Below are positions 12,490 to 24,351 of a DNA stretch of 64,000 nt, one piece after another. The first letter of the stretch is position 1, and every line of letters starts with the position of its first letter. The DNA comes from Dictyostelium discoideum (Eukaryota), in the NCBI GenBank assembly GCA_000004695.1, contig CM000151.3:7264001-7328000 (forward strand), given 5' to 3'. Both the position numbers and the translations under genes were made by a program. The notes under the pieces are model-generated. The model saw only the letters and a list, made by a program, of their open reading frames with translations. It had not been told where the DNA came from and ran no database searches.

Positions 12490-12949
12490 TATTGAAGGAA
12501 ATAAACATCTTGTTATTGAAAGATTGGAAAAATCAACAGTTTTAATCAATGATTTAACACCATATTTATATGAAATTAATAATTTTAAATTTTTAAATTG
12601 GTTTTTAACAATCATTAAAATTTATTATTTTTCATCATCAATAGATAATACTGAAAAAAAAACAATTAAAGCAATAGTTGAATCATTTATGAATCTTATT
12701 ATACATAAATCAAGATTACAAGTACTTGAAATTATTCATCAAAATTTTGATTTCATTTTAAAGAAAGAATCAAATGGTGGAATATTGGATATTAATACTT
12801 TAAAATCTTATTTATTTACATCTCTTAAAAATGGTTCAATTAATGTTTCAAAATTTCTTTTTCAATTTATTAATATAACTAAAAAAGAATTTGAAAAAAA
12901 TTCAAATCAACACTCACTTTTATTCTTTTCAAATAAATTTAATAAATAA
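11646..12949 (+). CDS. Hypothetical protein, second gene of duplicated unit (copy 1), poly-Asn insert, about 430 aa
   Basis: ORF MLVIHNDIELLKYYYSNGNVGIVTQLF...; the ORF-track start at 11546 is in a different frame from the preceding ORF and overlaps it. The ATG at 11646 matches the copy-2 start (15397). It contains an (AAT)24 poly-N run at 12415..12485. Confidence 0.5.
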
Positions 12950-12979
12950 TAATATTCTTAGTTCTCTTTGCTTTAATTA

Positions 12980-13010
<31 letters not shown>

Positions 13011-13089
13011 AATAAAAAAAAAAAAAAAAAAAAACTTAAATATTTTTTATTGTTGGAATTTCACTATTTGCTTGTTGTAATTTTTAAAG

Positions 13090-13440
13090 TAATAATATTT
13101 TTTTTTTCCCAAAATTATTATTTTTTAAAAGTTGAATATAAAAAAGAAGAAATTAAGAAATTTTAAAATCACTTTTTTTTGCCTTAAAAAAGCAATAAAG
13201 TCAAAAAAATCTTCTTGAAGCGTAATAGCTTTAATCAAGTGTAGTATCTGTTCTAGAACGCTTAAAATCGTTCTGCTATCTAAGTGATAGCTTTCGAATT
13301 TAATTTTATTTTTTATTCGAGGTTTTTAGATGTTATTATTATAATATCGGCTTGCCTTTATTCATTACATCTAAAGTTGTATTCCCTCTGTATCGCACCA
13401 TTTCAGAGTCAATAAAAGAGTACTACCTCTACCTATTTAA
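13090..13440 (+). other. Conserved complex non-coding block downstream of duplicated unit copy 1 (repeated at about 17085..17430)
   Basis: It is relatively GC-rich (gaagcgtaatagctttaatcaagtgtagtatctgttctagaacgcttaaaatcgttctgctatctaagtgatagctttcgaatt...). Stop codons occur in all six frames. It holds the hairpins AAGCGT...ACGCTT and GCTATC-TAAGT-GATAGC. Confidence 0.5.
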
Positions 13441-13815
13441 TTTTAATGAAAAAAAAAAAAAAAAATTAGTTTGCATAGAATAATTACAAACTTTATTATT
13501 ATGTTTCTATTTTTTTATAAATAAAAAATTATAAAAAAAAAAAAGCCTTTTTATCAAAATTTACTTTAATAAAAAAATTAAAAAAAAAAAAATAATAATA
13601 AAAAGAATAAAAAAAAAATACTAAGAAAAAATGGAATTTAATAGTATTTTGCATCTTGGTGCACTTGGTGCAATATTTTTTATTTTTTTTTTTTTAAATT
13701 TTCTTAAATTTTTTTTTTTTTTTTTTAAATAACCAATACATTTTTATTTTTATTTTTTTATTTTTTTTTTTTATTTGTTTACCAAAGCAACAACACCACC
13801 TCCATCACTACTACA

Positions 13816-14760
13816 ATGAATGGCAACAATCAAAATGATATTGAAAATATTGAATTAGAAAAAAAGAATCTAGTATTTATATTGGAGATAGCAAAATCAT
13901 ATAGTATATCAACAACTAAATTAAAGAAAATGGAAATTATTGAAAAGATAAAAGCAGTAGCTAAAAGGAAAAGAAAATATGAAGAAGAAAAAAAGCAAAA
14001 AGCAAATGTAAATTCATTCAATAAAATTATTAAATTAACAATTGTAGATAATATTGAACCAATTGAAATATTATTTTGGAAAGTGTTTAGAAATAAAACA
14101 ATTTATAGAAATATATTCTCATTTATGGATCAACGATTTTCATTAAGCTATGACTCAATTTCATCAATACCAAATCTTATAATTTCAAATCAATTTAGTA
14201 TATTAAAAGAAAAAGTTTATAGAAATTGTAGATATTTACAATTTGATTTAAAGAGTGGTCACCATTTGGGAATTATTATTTTTAAACGATTATTTGAAAA
14301 TATTAAAGATGATTATAAATTCTATAGAATCTTTTTTAAAAATGATAATCATTATGAATTTCAAGACAGTATACCATTTGCATTAATTTTTTCAAAGAAT
14401 TTACAAATATATAAATTGTATATCAAAGAATTCAATAATGAACCAACAAAATTAGATCTTTTATTTTCAATTATATCTGGTTCAAATAAATTCATTAAAT
14501 ATCTATTTGAATTAAATCCAGACTTATATTCTAAATTTTTAGTAAAAAATATCTTTACCAATATGCTTTTAGAGGGCCTTCACAACCAAATCAATTTATC
14601 AAGAAAAGAAATTTTTAATTGTATTAAAAATGTTGATATTTTCAAAGGATTACTCTGTTATTTAACTATCATTAACAATAATAATGATGATGATTTCAGT
14701 TGTAGTTTAAATTATAATGAATTAATAAATAGTAAAGCTCAAGACAATATACGAAATTAA
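13816..14760 (+). CDS. Hypothetical protein family member, copy 2 (intact N-terminal 314 aa; C-terminal half 14761..15310 degenerate)
   Basis: A continuous ORF through the position where copy 1 is frameshifted. Downstream of 14760 the sequence is still about 90% identical to copy 1 codons (…EEIENFKEKVGKERLKSIL…, …HTPTNFILPTPKIEFAFRFGNFKILESF…) but carries stops and frameshifts plus a roughly 90-bp insertion at 15265..15350. Confidence 0.45.
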   Translation: MNGNNQNDIENIELEKKNLVFILEIAKSYSISTTKLKKMEIIEKIKAVAKRKRKYEEEKKQKANVNSFNKIIKLTIVDNIEPIEILFWKVFRNKTIYRNIFSFMDQRFSLSYDSISSIPNLIISNQFSILKEKVYRNCRYLQFDLKSGHHLGIIIFKRLFENIKDDYKFYRIFFKNDNHYEFQDSIPFALIFSKNLQIYKLYIKEFNNEPTKLDLLFSIISGSNKFIKYLFELNPDLYSKFLVKNIFTNMLLEGLHNQINLSRKEIFNCIKNVDIFKGLLCYLTIINNNNDDDFSCSLNYNELINSKAQDNIRN

Positions 14761-15396
14761 TCAAAATTCAACATTAAAATGATTAATCACAATTTGTATA
14801 TTTTTAATAAAAACAAAAACAACATCTACATCACCAGAATAAGATGATGATGATGATGATGATGAAGTAACAACATCAAAAGAATCATTTAAATCAGTTT
14901 CAACAATTGAAGAAATTGAAAATTTTAAAGAAAAAGTTGGTAAAGAAAGATTAAAATCAATTTTAGAAGATCCAATTAATTAATTATAAAAGGGATGATA
15001 ATAATGAAATTAAAAATTTTATAAAGAAACTTTTATATTTTTATTTTTCAACATTTAAAAAAACATCAAGTATTTTTAATTACTGTTATTTTGATGGAAA
15101 AGATTATGGTGATGATATAGCCCCCACTCCTACCAATTTCATTCTTCCTACACCAAAGATTGAATTTGCTTTTAGATTTGGAAATTTTAAAATTTTAGAA
15201 TCATTCAAAACAATTGATTTTTATCAAATTCTGCCAACTATTCATTTTGATACATGTTTTGATGTTGATGATGATAAATGTTATAAAATTTTATTTTCAC
15301 ATTGTTTAGATTAAGAGAAAAAGTTGGAATTCATTAATCAAATAATTAAAAGATTTAATAAAAAGCCTGAAAAAGATTGTTGGTTATATTTCTTTT

Positions 15397-16167
15397 ATGC
15401 TTGTAATTCATAATGATATTGAATTATTAAAATATTATTATTCAAATGGTAATGTTGGTGTTGTTACACAATTATTTAGTTTCAAAAATTGTCCAATATT
15501 TCCACCAATATATTATATCAATTCAATTGATATGTTAGAGTATTTATTTAATAATCATATAAATTACTTTAGAGAAACACGTATTGATGGTAATCTTTAT
15601 AATACCAATTTTAAAAATTTAGAATTATTAAAACATTTTGAACTATTACTTACCCAATCAAAAAAAGAAAATCAAGCCTCCTCTTCTTCTTCCCTAAATC
15701 ACTTTCCCGATGGTCATTTTTGTTTTATAGGCCATTCTATTAATAATTTTGAATTTCTAAAAAACAAAAACCTTCTTACTTTTGCAAATTACTTTGCTTC
15801 AAATTCTCAATACCATAATGCAAAATTAGACTATGTACAATTGTTTGTTTTACTCACTAATGTCGAACCATCATCTCAACTATCGATCAGTTTTGAAACA
15901 TTAAGAAATTTAGCAATTAACTCTATGAAATATAAAAGAATAAACTTATTCCATTTCAGAGCATCGATAAGAGGTACAAAGTACACGAATCATTATTTAA
16001 AATTCATTGATTGGATGTTTATTAACTATAATCAGGAAAAGGAAAATGCTTGTAACTTCTTTTACAAAGGATTTCACCATTATCATAACCTTTTTGCAAC
16101 CCATAGATATTGTTTAAAAGACAATCACATCAATGACACTGACAACTTCAGCTTCAATAATAATAAC

Positions 16168-16211
<44 letters not shown>

Positions 16212-16677
16212 TGATGATACTGATGCAAATAAATATTTTATTATTGAAAGATTGGAAAAATCAATCATTTTAATCAATGATTTAACACCATATTTATATG
16301 AAATTAATAATTTTAAATTTTTAAATTGGTTTTTAACAATGATTAAAACTTATTATTATTCATCATCAATAGATGATACTCAAAAAAAACAATTAAAAAA
16401 TATAGTTAACTCATTTATGAATGCTATTATACATAAATCAAGATTGCAAGTACATGAAATCATTTATCAAAATTTTGATTTCATTTTAAAGAAAGAATCA
16501 AATGGTGGAATATTGGATATTAATACTTTAAAATCTTATTTATTTACATCTCTTGGACATGGTTCAATTAATGTTTCAAAATTTCTTTTTCAATTTATTA
16601 ATATAACTAAAAAAGAATTTGAAAAAAATTCAAATCGAAACTCACTTTTATTCATTTCAAATAAATTTAATAAATAA
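15397..16677 (+). CDS. Hypothetical protein, second gene of duplicated unit (copy 2), 426 aa
   Basis: ORF MLVIHNDIELLKYYYSNGNVGVVTQLFSFKN..., collinear with 11646..12949. Confidence 0.5.
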
Positions 16678-16708
16678 TAATATTCTTATCTTTCTTTAAA
16701 CAACAACA

Positions 16709-16761
<53 letters not shown>

Positions 16762-17650
16762 ATGATAATTCAATTTCATGATTTTTATCTATATCTTTAT
16801 TTGTTTATTTTTTTTATTTTAGCCTATTTCCATTTGATATAATTATCAATATAATAAAAACTTTGTTTTTTTTATGTTTTTTTTTTTCTTAAGAATTTTT
16901 TGCAAGAGTTTTAGTTGCCTTTGTTAATAAATTAATTACAAAAAAAAAATATAAAATATAAATTAAAAAATAAAAAATAAAAAAAATATTTTTAGATTTC
17001 GATTTTCACTGAAAAAAAAAAAACAATTTTTATTGTTGAAATTTCATTGCTTGTTTGTTGTAATTTCTAAAGTAATAATATTTTTGTTTTTCCCAAATTA
17101 TTATTTTTTAAAAGTTGAATATAAAAAAGAAGAAATTAAGAAATTTTAAAATCACTTTTTTTTGCCTTAAAAAAGCAATAAAGTCAAAAAAAATCTTCTT
17201 GAAGCGTAATAGCTTTAATCAAGTGTAGTATCTGTTCTAGAACGCTTAAAATCGTTCTGCTATCTAAGTGGTAGCTTTCGAATTTAATTTTATTTTTTAT
17301 TCGAGGTTTTTAGATGTTATTATAATAATATAGGCTTGCCTTTATTCATTACATCTTAAGTTGTATTCGCTCTGTATCGCACCATTTCAGAGTCAATAAA
17401 AGAGTACTACCTCTCCCTATTTAATTTTAATGAAAAAAAAATTTTAGTTTGCATGGAAAAATTAAAAAGTTTTTATATTATTCACAGAAATAATTATTTT
17501 ACTCACCAACCAATAAGAAAAGAAAAATAATAAAAGAGTTTCTATATCCTCTAATTATTATTATTTTAAAAAAAAAAAAAATAAATAAAAAAAAAATAAA
17601 AAAAAAATCAAATATTTTATTTATAGAATATATTGAAAAGATTATTTAAA

Positions 17651-18951
17651 TTAAAAATCTTCTTCAATTTCATCTTCAATGTCTTCATAGTCATCTTCAT
17701 TATCTGAATCATTGTTTTGGTTTTGATTTGATTTCACCCATGATGGTTTACCTGAGCCACATACTTCCATTGTACATTTTGGGAATGGATATACGTCTGG
17801 TACAACTGCACCTTCTGAAGTATAGGAAGCACCATTTGAGAATATAACTTGGAAGAAAAAGCCACTCCAACCTGATGTTGGTTTTAACATTGTGTGTGAA
17901 TAGTTATTGGATGATGATAAATTAATTTCTTGTGATGTCCATTTAATATTTTGGTAACATTCAGCAGCATTACAAGTAAACATACGGAAATCTCTTTTAG
18001 TTGATGAAATAGTAGTTGCTGACCATAATAATACTTTAGTTGCAACACCTTTGGTAACTTTAAGATTGATTGTGCCATAGTTTTTACAATCAGAGTAAGC
18101 AATGTTCCATGTGATTTCTGGACGTTCAATTCCATTTGCAACCAATTTGAAAAAGTTTGCAATATCAGTAGCACAACTTTGTTGTAAAATTCCACCATGG
18201 TTTGTATTTGGATAAATACCTAATTTTGTCTCACCTTTTAATAAATGAAAGAATGATTTAGTTTGATCGAAAAGGAAAAATTCATCAGATGTACCAAGTA
18301 AAATAAATTTAGCAATTGGTTTTAATGTATTTAAATAATTAATTGGATCAATAATCTTTGTAACCTTTTTAAAGTATTTGGTGTAAAGGAAATTTGTAAT
18401 ATTATGATTAACATAATCTTTAAGAGCAAATGACCAATTTCCATATGCTTCAACTTGTGCTTCAATATTTTCAACAAGATTTAAAATTGGAATAACCATT
18501 GGTGCAATACCAATAACACGTTTATCTACCATAGCTGCACCCCATGCTGTCCAACTTTTGAAATAAAAAAATAAATATATAATAAAAAAAAAATTAGAAT
18601 TAAAAGAATAATTTATAATAAATAATAATAATTAAAATTAACATACCCACGTTTAGAAGCACCAGTTACAATAAACTTTTTAATTGTGTAATTACCAGTG
18701 ATTGTTTTACCAAACTCTTGAATTGCATCCATTGCTTTTGTTGCTGATTTGGTTTGTGGAAGTAAACTAAGCCATGTTGGATCTTTAGTATCCATAAATT
18801 TACGCCATGTGTATGCTACAATATCATCCTCTGATCTTTGAACACCATCATTTTCAAAAATTATATATTGATTTGGTACTTGAAGAAGTGTAGCTGTAAT
18901 TTCACCTGATGCATTACATAACATTCCTCCAAATGAATCTAATTTACTATT

Positions 18952-18986
<35 letters not shown>

Positions 18987-19258
18987 ATTTATTTATATTT
19001 TAATTAATATTAATAATAATAATAAAAATGATTATTAATACTTACTTAATTGTTGGTACTGCCCAATTAATATTATTACCATTATTTACAAACAACAAAC
19101 CAGTTTGATGATTTGATGAATAGTTATTTGGTTTACAAATTGTTAACCAATGTTTCCAAATTGGTTTATCTGTATGACCACTCATCCATTGTTGTGATGC
19201 TATTTTTTTTATAATTATTATTGTTAATTTTATTTATTTATTTATTTTTTTTTTTTTT

Positions 19259-19301
<43 letters not shown>

Positions 19302-19492
19302 CTAATTAATAACATACCTAATTCTAAAACATAAACCTTTGCATAATTTATATCATATGTGGCGTTTAAAGTCCATTTATAGCTTGGATCATACTTTTCA
19401 ACATATTTTTTTAATTTTTTAGATTCTGATAAAACAGAACTACAACTAATTAATATTATTACAATCAAAAATAATAAATTATTTATTTTCAT
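17651..19492 (-). CDS. PhoPQ-activated pathogenicity-related protein (PqaA-like), inverted paralogue of 3534..5288
   Basis: Four exons on the minus strand: 19318..19492 (ATG at 19492, signal peptide, donor GTATGT), 19046..19199 (donor GTAAGT), 18657..18946 (donor GTATGT) and 17651..18554. It has one extra intron (18947..19045) relative to the plus-strand paralogue. The C-terminus is an acidic DSDNEDDYEDIEDEIEEDF tail. Confidence 0.8.
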
Positions 19493-20176
19493 TTCTTTGT
19501 ATGGTTTCTTTTGATAACACTCAAAATAAAAAAAAAAGAATAAAAAAAGGTTTTTAAATTAAAAAAAAGAAAATAAAAAAAAAAAACTAAATCATTGTCA
19601 TTAATTGAAAATCTTTAAAACCCAAAAAATCTGCAAATTTAAGTGATGGTTTTTTTTTGAAATTAAAAATTAAAAAGACTGACGTTACATAATGGGGCGG
19701 TTTATCGTTTTTTTTTTAAAAAAAAAATACAAAAATCACTGATTATTATTTAAAAGGAAAAAAATTATAAACCAAGACAATTATTATTTCACCTGGTCAA
19801 AAAGAATCAAAAAAATTTAGATATTAGTGTTCCAGTGCTCAACTAAAAATAGATTGAAAAATTAAAAAAAAAAAAAAAACAGTTTTCTTGAACAAAATTA
19901 AATATAATCACCACCGCGAGTGGTTTTTTTTTTTTTTTTTTTTTTTTCTTTCCTTTTAACTTATTTTTATTTTTTATTTATATTTTATTTTATTTTAATC
20001 TTTTTTTATATATATATTTATACATATATTTTATTTTTATTGTTTGATTTTATTAATTTAAAAAAAACAAACAATAAAAAAAAAAAAAAAAAAAGAATTA
20101 AAAATGAAGAGAGGAGGAGAGAGAGAAATTAAAAGGGAGAAAAATAAAAAAAATAAATTTTTTTTTTTTTTTTTTT

Positions 20177-20949
20177 TTAGTTGGCTGACAATTCAACTGG
20201 ATTAACATTTAAATCAACTTGTTTTGATGGACTCCCAGAGGATTGATCAAATTGAGTATTGTTTGATTGATCTTGAGTGGTTGATTCTTGAGTAGTTGAA
20301 GCTTCACTGGTATTTGATTCTTCAAGTGTTAAAAGATATTTTTTGTATTCTGTGACAATAGTTGGAAGTAATTCGACTGTCTTTTTCAATTCTGAAAGAA
20401 TATTATTTTCAATAACTGATGAAAACCATTGTAATGGACCTGTAAATCTAAATGTAACTTTTAATACCTTTAAACATGTATTATCATCTAATGGTTCAAT
20501 ATTAATTACACCTTCAACGCTATAGCAATAAATAAAAAAAAAAAAAAAAGAAAGCAAAAAAAAAAAATTAATATTCGCGCGCATGACATTTTTTAGATTT
20601 GAAAACTTGGAAAAAAAAAAAAAAATACATACTGAATATGTTCAGCCATAACTGGGGCTTGAGTTTTAAAACAAATTTCTCTTTTAACTTTTGACTTTGT
20701 TTGAGTATCTTGATAAGAAACCTCTTGATTAGCGGTTGTGAACTTTAATAAAATCTTTGGAATACTTGTTTTTGGTTTAATTTTAACGATTCTGTGAATG
20801 TGTGTTTCTTTATCGACCTCTTCGACCAACTCGTGAGAATCTAATCCTAAGAATGGGATTTGAAATTGGTCAAATTCTTTAGTTTCTGTAATCGAATAAA
20901 ACTTATCGGCGTTCATTGGAACAATAACTGTTAATGTATGTGTTGACAT
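20177..20949 (-). CDS. Hypothetical protein, about 219 aa, Ser/Thr/Gln-rich C-terminus
   Basis: Two exons on the minus strand: 20633..20949 (ATG at 20949, MSTHTLTVIVPMNADKFYSITETKEFDQFQIPFLG..., donor GTATGT, phase 2) and 20177..20519 (…VEGVINIEPLDDNTCLKVLKVTFRFTGPLQWFSSVIENNILSELKKTVELLP…). No family could be assigned with confidence. Confidence 0.5.
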
Positions 20950-21359
20950 TTTGTTTTATGTATATATATGTAATTTGTTTTTTTTTTATATTGAAATAAA
21001 AAATTTATAATGTATTTTTTTTTAATAATAAAATTGAATTGGTTGTTTTGCTGTTTTTATTGATTATCTCGTAAAATTAATTTAAATTTGAAAATTTATA
21101 TATGAATATTAAAATATTTCAAATCAAGATTATGTTTTTTGTTGCTGAAAATAATTAATTTAAGATTGAACTTTTTTTGAATAAATAAATAAATAAAATT
21201 TTTAAACTAAAAATTTTTTATTTTTTTTTTAAATTTTTTGTTTGTTTATTTGTATTATATGTAAAAAGAAAAAAAATGCAATGGTTAATATATATATATA
21301 TATATTTATATAGAGATTATTTTTGTTGTAAAGAGTAAATTAAAAAAAAAATTAAAAAG

Positions 21360-21419
<60 letters not shown>

Positions 21420-21551
21420 AAAAAATATAAAATATAATAAAAAAAAAAAAAAAAAAAAAGAATTCAACAGCAAAACAAAACAACCCAAACACACAAATGA
21501 AAAAAATTAATTTGATATGGAAAAATTGTGGTTTGTGTGTGAAAATAATAT

Positions 21552-21591
<40 letters not shown>

Positions 21592-21911
21592 TTTTGTTTT
21601 TATTTTGTATGAGGTGGTAGTTTTAATATGATAGCGACTAATAGATTAACTATTCCACATATGTTGTAATGAGTTTTAACTTGTGGAATATAAGAATCTT
21701 CTATTCTATTTGATTATTTTATATTATTTTTTATTTTTTTATTTTTTTTTATTTTTTTTTTATTTATGTCATAAAAAAAGAAGAAAAAAAAAAAAAAAAA
21801 AAACAGATATTTGTATATCTATATTAAATACAAACTTTTTGTTATATGTCTTTTTTTTAAATGTGAGGAATAACAAAAATAAAAAAATAAGGGCAAAACA
21901 AAATATTATTT

Positions 21912-21952
<41 letters not shown>

Positions 21953-22321
21953 GATTAATTATTAGATTTTTTAATTTTTTTTTTTTTTTTTGGACACAAC
22001 CGCCAGAAAATACTCGAACATAACGCAATTGTTTTTACGAATTTACACATAAACCAAAATTAAAAAAAAAAAAATTAAAAAAAATAAAAATAAAATAAAA
22101 ATAAAAAAATTTTAATTCGTAACGAACCTGGTGGATGTGAATGAAAAAAAAAAAATTCCCTTTAGAATAAATTTAATAAATAATTAAAAATAAAAATAAA
22201 ATAAAAATAAAAAAATAAAAATAAAAATAAAAAAAAAAAAAAAATTTACTTTTATATCTATTTGATTTGTGTTCTAAAAAAAAAATAAGCTAAAAAAAAA
22301 AAATAAAGAAGAAAATAGTTA

Positions 22322-22353
<32 letters not shown>

Positions 22354-22724
22354 TAAATAAAAATTAAAAAAAATATTTTTAAAATAAAAATGATGAGCGG
22401 GCTTTTCGAACGGGATGTCGTAAAGCAAGCGTTGACAGTGCACAATAAACTCATTTTTTGAAATTTTGTATAAATGGATTATAATAAACAGAGCATTTTG
22501 ATTAATGATAATAATACTCACATTACAAGATATCGGGGAATTAATGGATTTCAAGATTTTTTATTTTGAAAGAATAATTAAATTTCTATTGCAAAAAAAA
22601 AAAAAAAAAAAAAAATTTTAAATTGGAAAAAATAAATAATTTAAAAAATATTTAATTTTGGTGAATATGAAAAGTTTTGTTGTTGTTGATTGACAGTAAA
22701 TAGTTTTTATTTATTTCTAAAATA

Positions 22725-22764
<40 letters not shown>

Positions 22765-22778
22765 AAATATTTATTTTG

Positions 22779-22814
<36 letters not shown>

Positions 22815-23389
22815 AAAATTAAATTATTACAATTTAAATTTATTTTATTTTATTTAATTATTAGGGTTATATACCAACATAATGTTTTTTTTGAGGTTTA
22901 GATATCAACTGATTCTCAATGACACTATCACCCAAAGTAAAGTGGCTTTTCTGACTTTGCTTTCAAAATTTTATTTTTTTATTTTTTTAATTTTTTTTTA
23001 TTTTTTTTTTTTTTTTTATGAATATTTAGTTAATTTCCACCTAAAAAAAAAAAACAACCGTCACAGGAAGAAAGAAAAAAAGAATAGATCTAATTAAGAC
23101 AATTAATAATTTTTAATTTTTAAATAATTAAAAAATAAATAAAGTAAAATAAAATATATAAAAAGTAATAAATTTAAAAAATAAAATAAAATAAAATTTT
23201 TATTAATTTTAAATTATGAAAGTAATAAATCATAAAAATTCTTAATCAATTTTTTTATTTTTATTTTTTTTTTTTTTTATTTTTTTTTTTATTTTTTTTT
23301 TTTTTTGAAAATGAAATTTTTGTTTTTTTTTTTTAAATTTTTTTTTATTTTTGAATAAGAGAATCAATAAAAGTAATTCATACAATAAA

Positions 23390-24028
23390 ATGGCACCACA
23401 AAAAGTTAAAGCACTAGAATTATTAAAATGGGGTGTATACTTTGGAATGCCAATCATAGCAACTATTCATGTTTTAGACCCTGACAGATTAGATAATTTA
23501 ATTATGAAAGTATGTATATACTTTTTTTATTATTACTTTTTCTTTTCACCCAAACATTCTTTCTTTACTTTTTTTTTTTTTTTTTCTTTGTGTTTTTTTT
23601 TTTTTTCAAATAAAACCTTTAACGAAAACACATCACTTTTTTTTTGAAAAGATAAATATAACCCCCTTCCAAAAAAAATGAAATTTCGTTTTTTTTTGGG
23701 AAAAAAAAAAAAGGGGTTTTATCTTGAATATTTTGAAAAAAAAAAAAAAAAAAAAAAAAAAAATCGCAATGTGACATCAACAACATCATGGTGTGATAAA
23801 TTAAAATGAGAATCAATAATGACACCATAAACAACAAATATATTTGATTACGATTTGAATCGAAACTAACATCAAATTTTTTTTTTTATGTCACAAAAGC
23901 ATCAATTTGTTGTTTACCCACCAGAAGCACAAACACAAGAAGAATTTAAAAAGAAAGAATTGGAATATTTTGAAAAAAGAACCACTAAAAGATTATTAGA
24001 ACAACAACAACAACCAACAACCAATTAA
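23390..24028 (+). CDS. Small protein MAPQKVKALELLKWGVYFGMPIIATIHVLDPDRLDNLIMK..., with a speculative second exon
   Basis: Exon 1 is 23390..23509 (ATG at 23390, donor GTATGT at 23510). A candidate exon 2 at 23900..24028 (acceptor aaaag|cat; HQFVVYPPEAQTQEEFKKKELEYFEKRTTKRLLEQQQQPTTN*) would need a roughly 390-nt intron through poly(T) tracts. The exon-2 assignment is weak. Confidence 0.3.
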
Positions 24029-24117
24029 ATATGTATATAGTAAAAAAAAAAAAAAAAAAAATAATAATAATAACAACTAATAATATAATGATAATAAAGT
24101 GTAAAATCTTTATTTTC

Positions 24118-24239
24118 TTATTGTTTATATTGATATAATAATGGGAAAAATTTAATTGTTCCATCATTGTAGGCCTAAATAAAAAAAAAAAAAAAAAAAA
24201 AGTAATAAATGGTTAGAAATTTGTAAATTTTAAAAGGTG

Positions 24240-24271
<32 letters not shown>

Positions 24272-24275
24272 ATTA

Positions 24276-24351
<76 letters not shown>

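Larger units (their letters stand above)
10115..17450 (+). repeat. Tandem segmental duplication of a roughly 3.7-kb two-gene unit (copy 1 about 10115..13500, copy 2 about 13775..17450), about 95-97% nucleotide identity
   Basis: ATG-proximal sequence (accaaagc.aacaccacc...actacaatgaatg), both ORFs and a 350-bp 3' non-coding block are repeated with a period of about 3670-3980 bp. Confidence 0.9.

Noticed and set aside
12267-12615. Poly-Ile (plus) and poly-Leu (minus) ORFs at 12267..12545 and 12343..12615, with similar ORFs at 32557..32745, 37771..38001 and 47957..48148
   Set aside because: These are alternative-frame or antisense readings of (AAT)n coding microsatellites inside real genes.
13225-13300. 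tRNA-like or B-box-like motif (gctttcgaatt) in the conserved 3' block
   Set aside because: It cannot be folded into a cloverleaf and has no A box, acceptor stem or anticodon arm. I kept it only as a candidate structured element.
22385-22440. Box C/D snoRNA call at the GC island
   Set aside because: A box C (UGAUGA) is present but no box D (CUGA) or terminal stem on either strand. It is reported only as an unexplained GC island.
23619-24167. Minus-strand ORFs 23619..23837 and 23985..24167
   Set aside because: They are poly(T)/poly(A)-derived low-complexity frames. 23985..24167 overlaps the real terminal Aladin exon in another frame.
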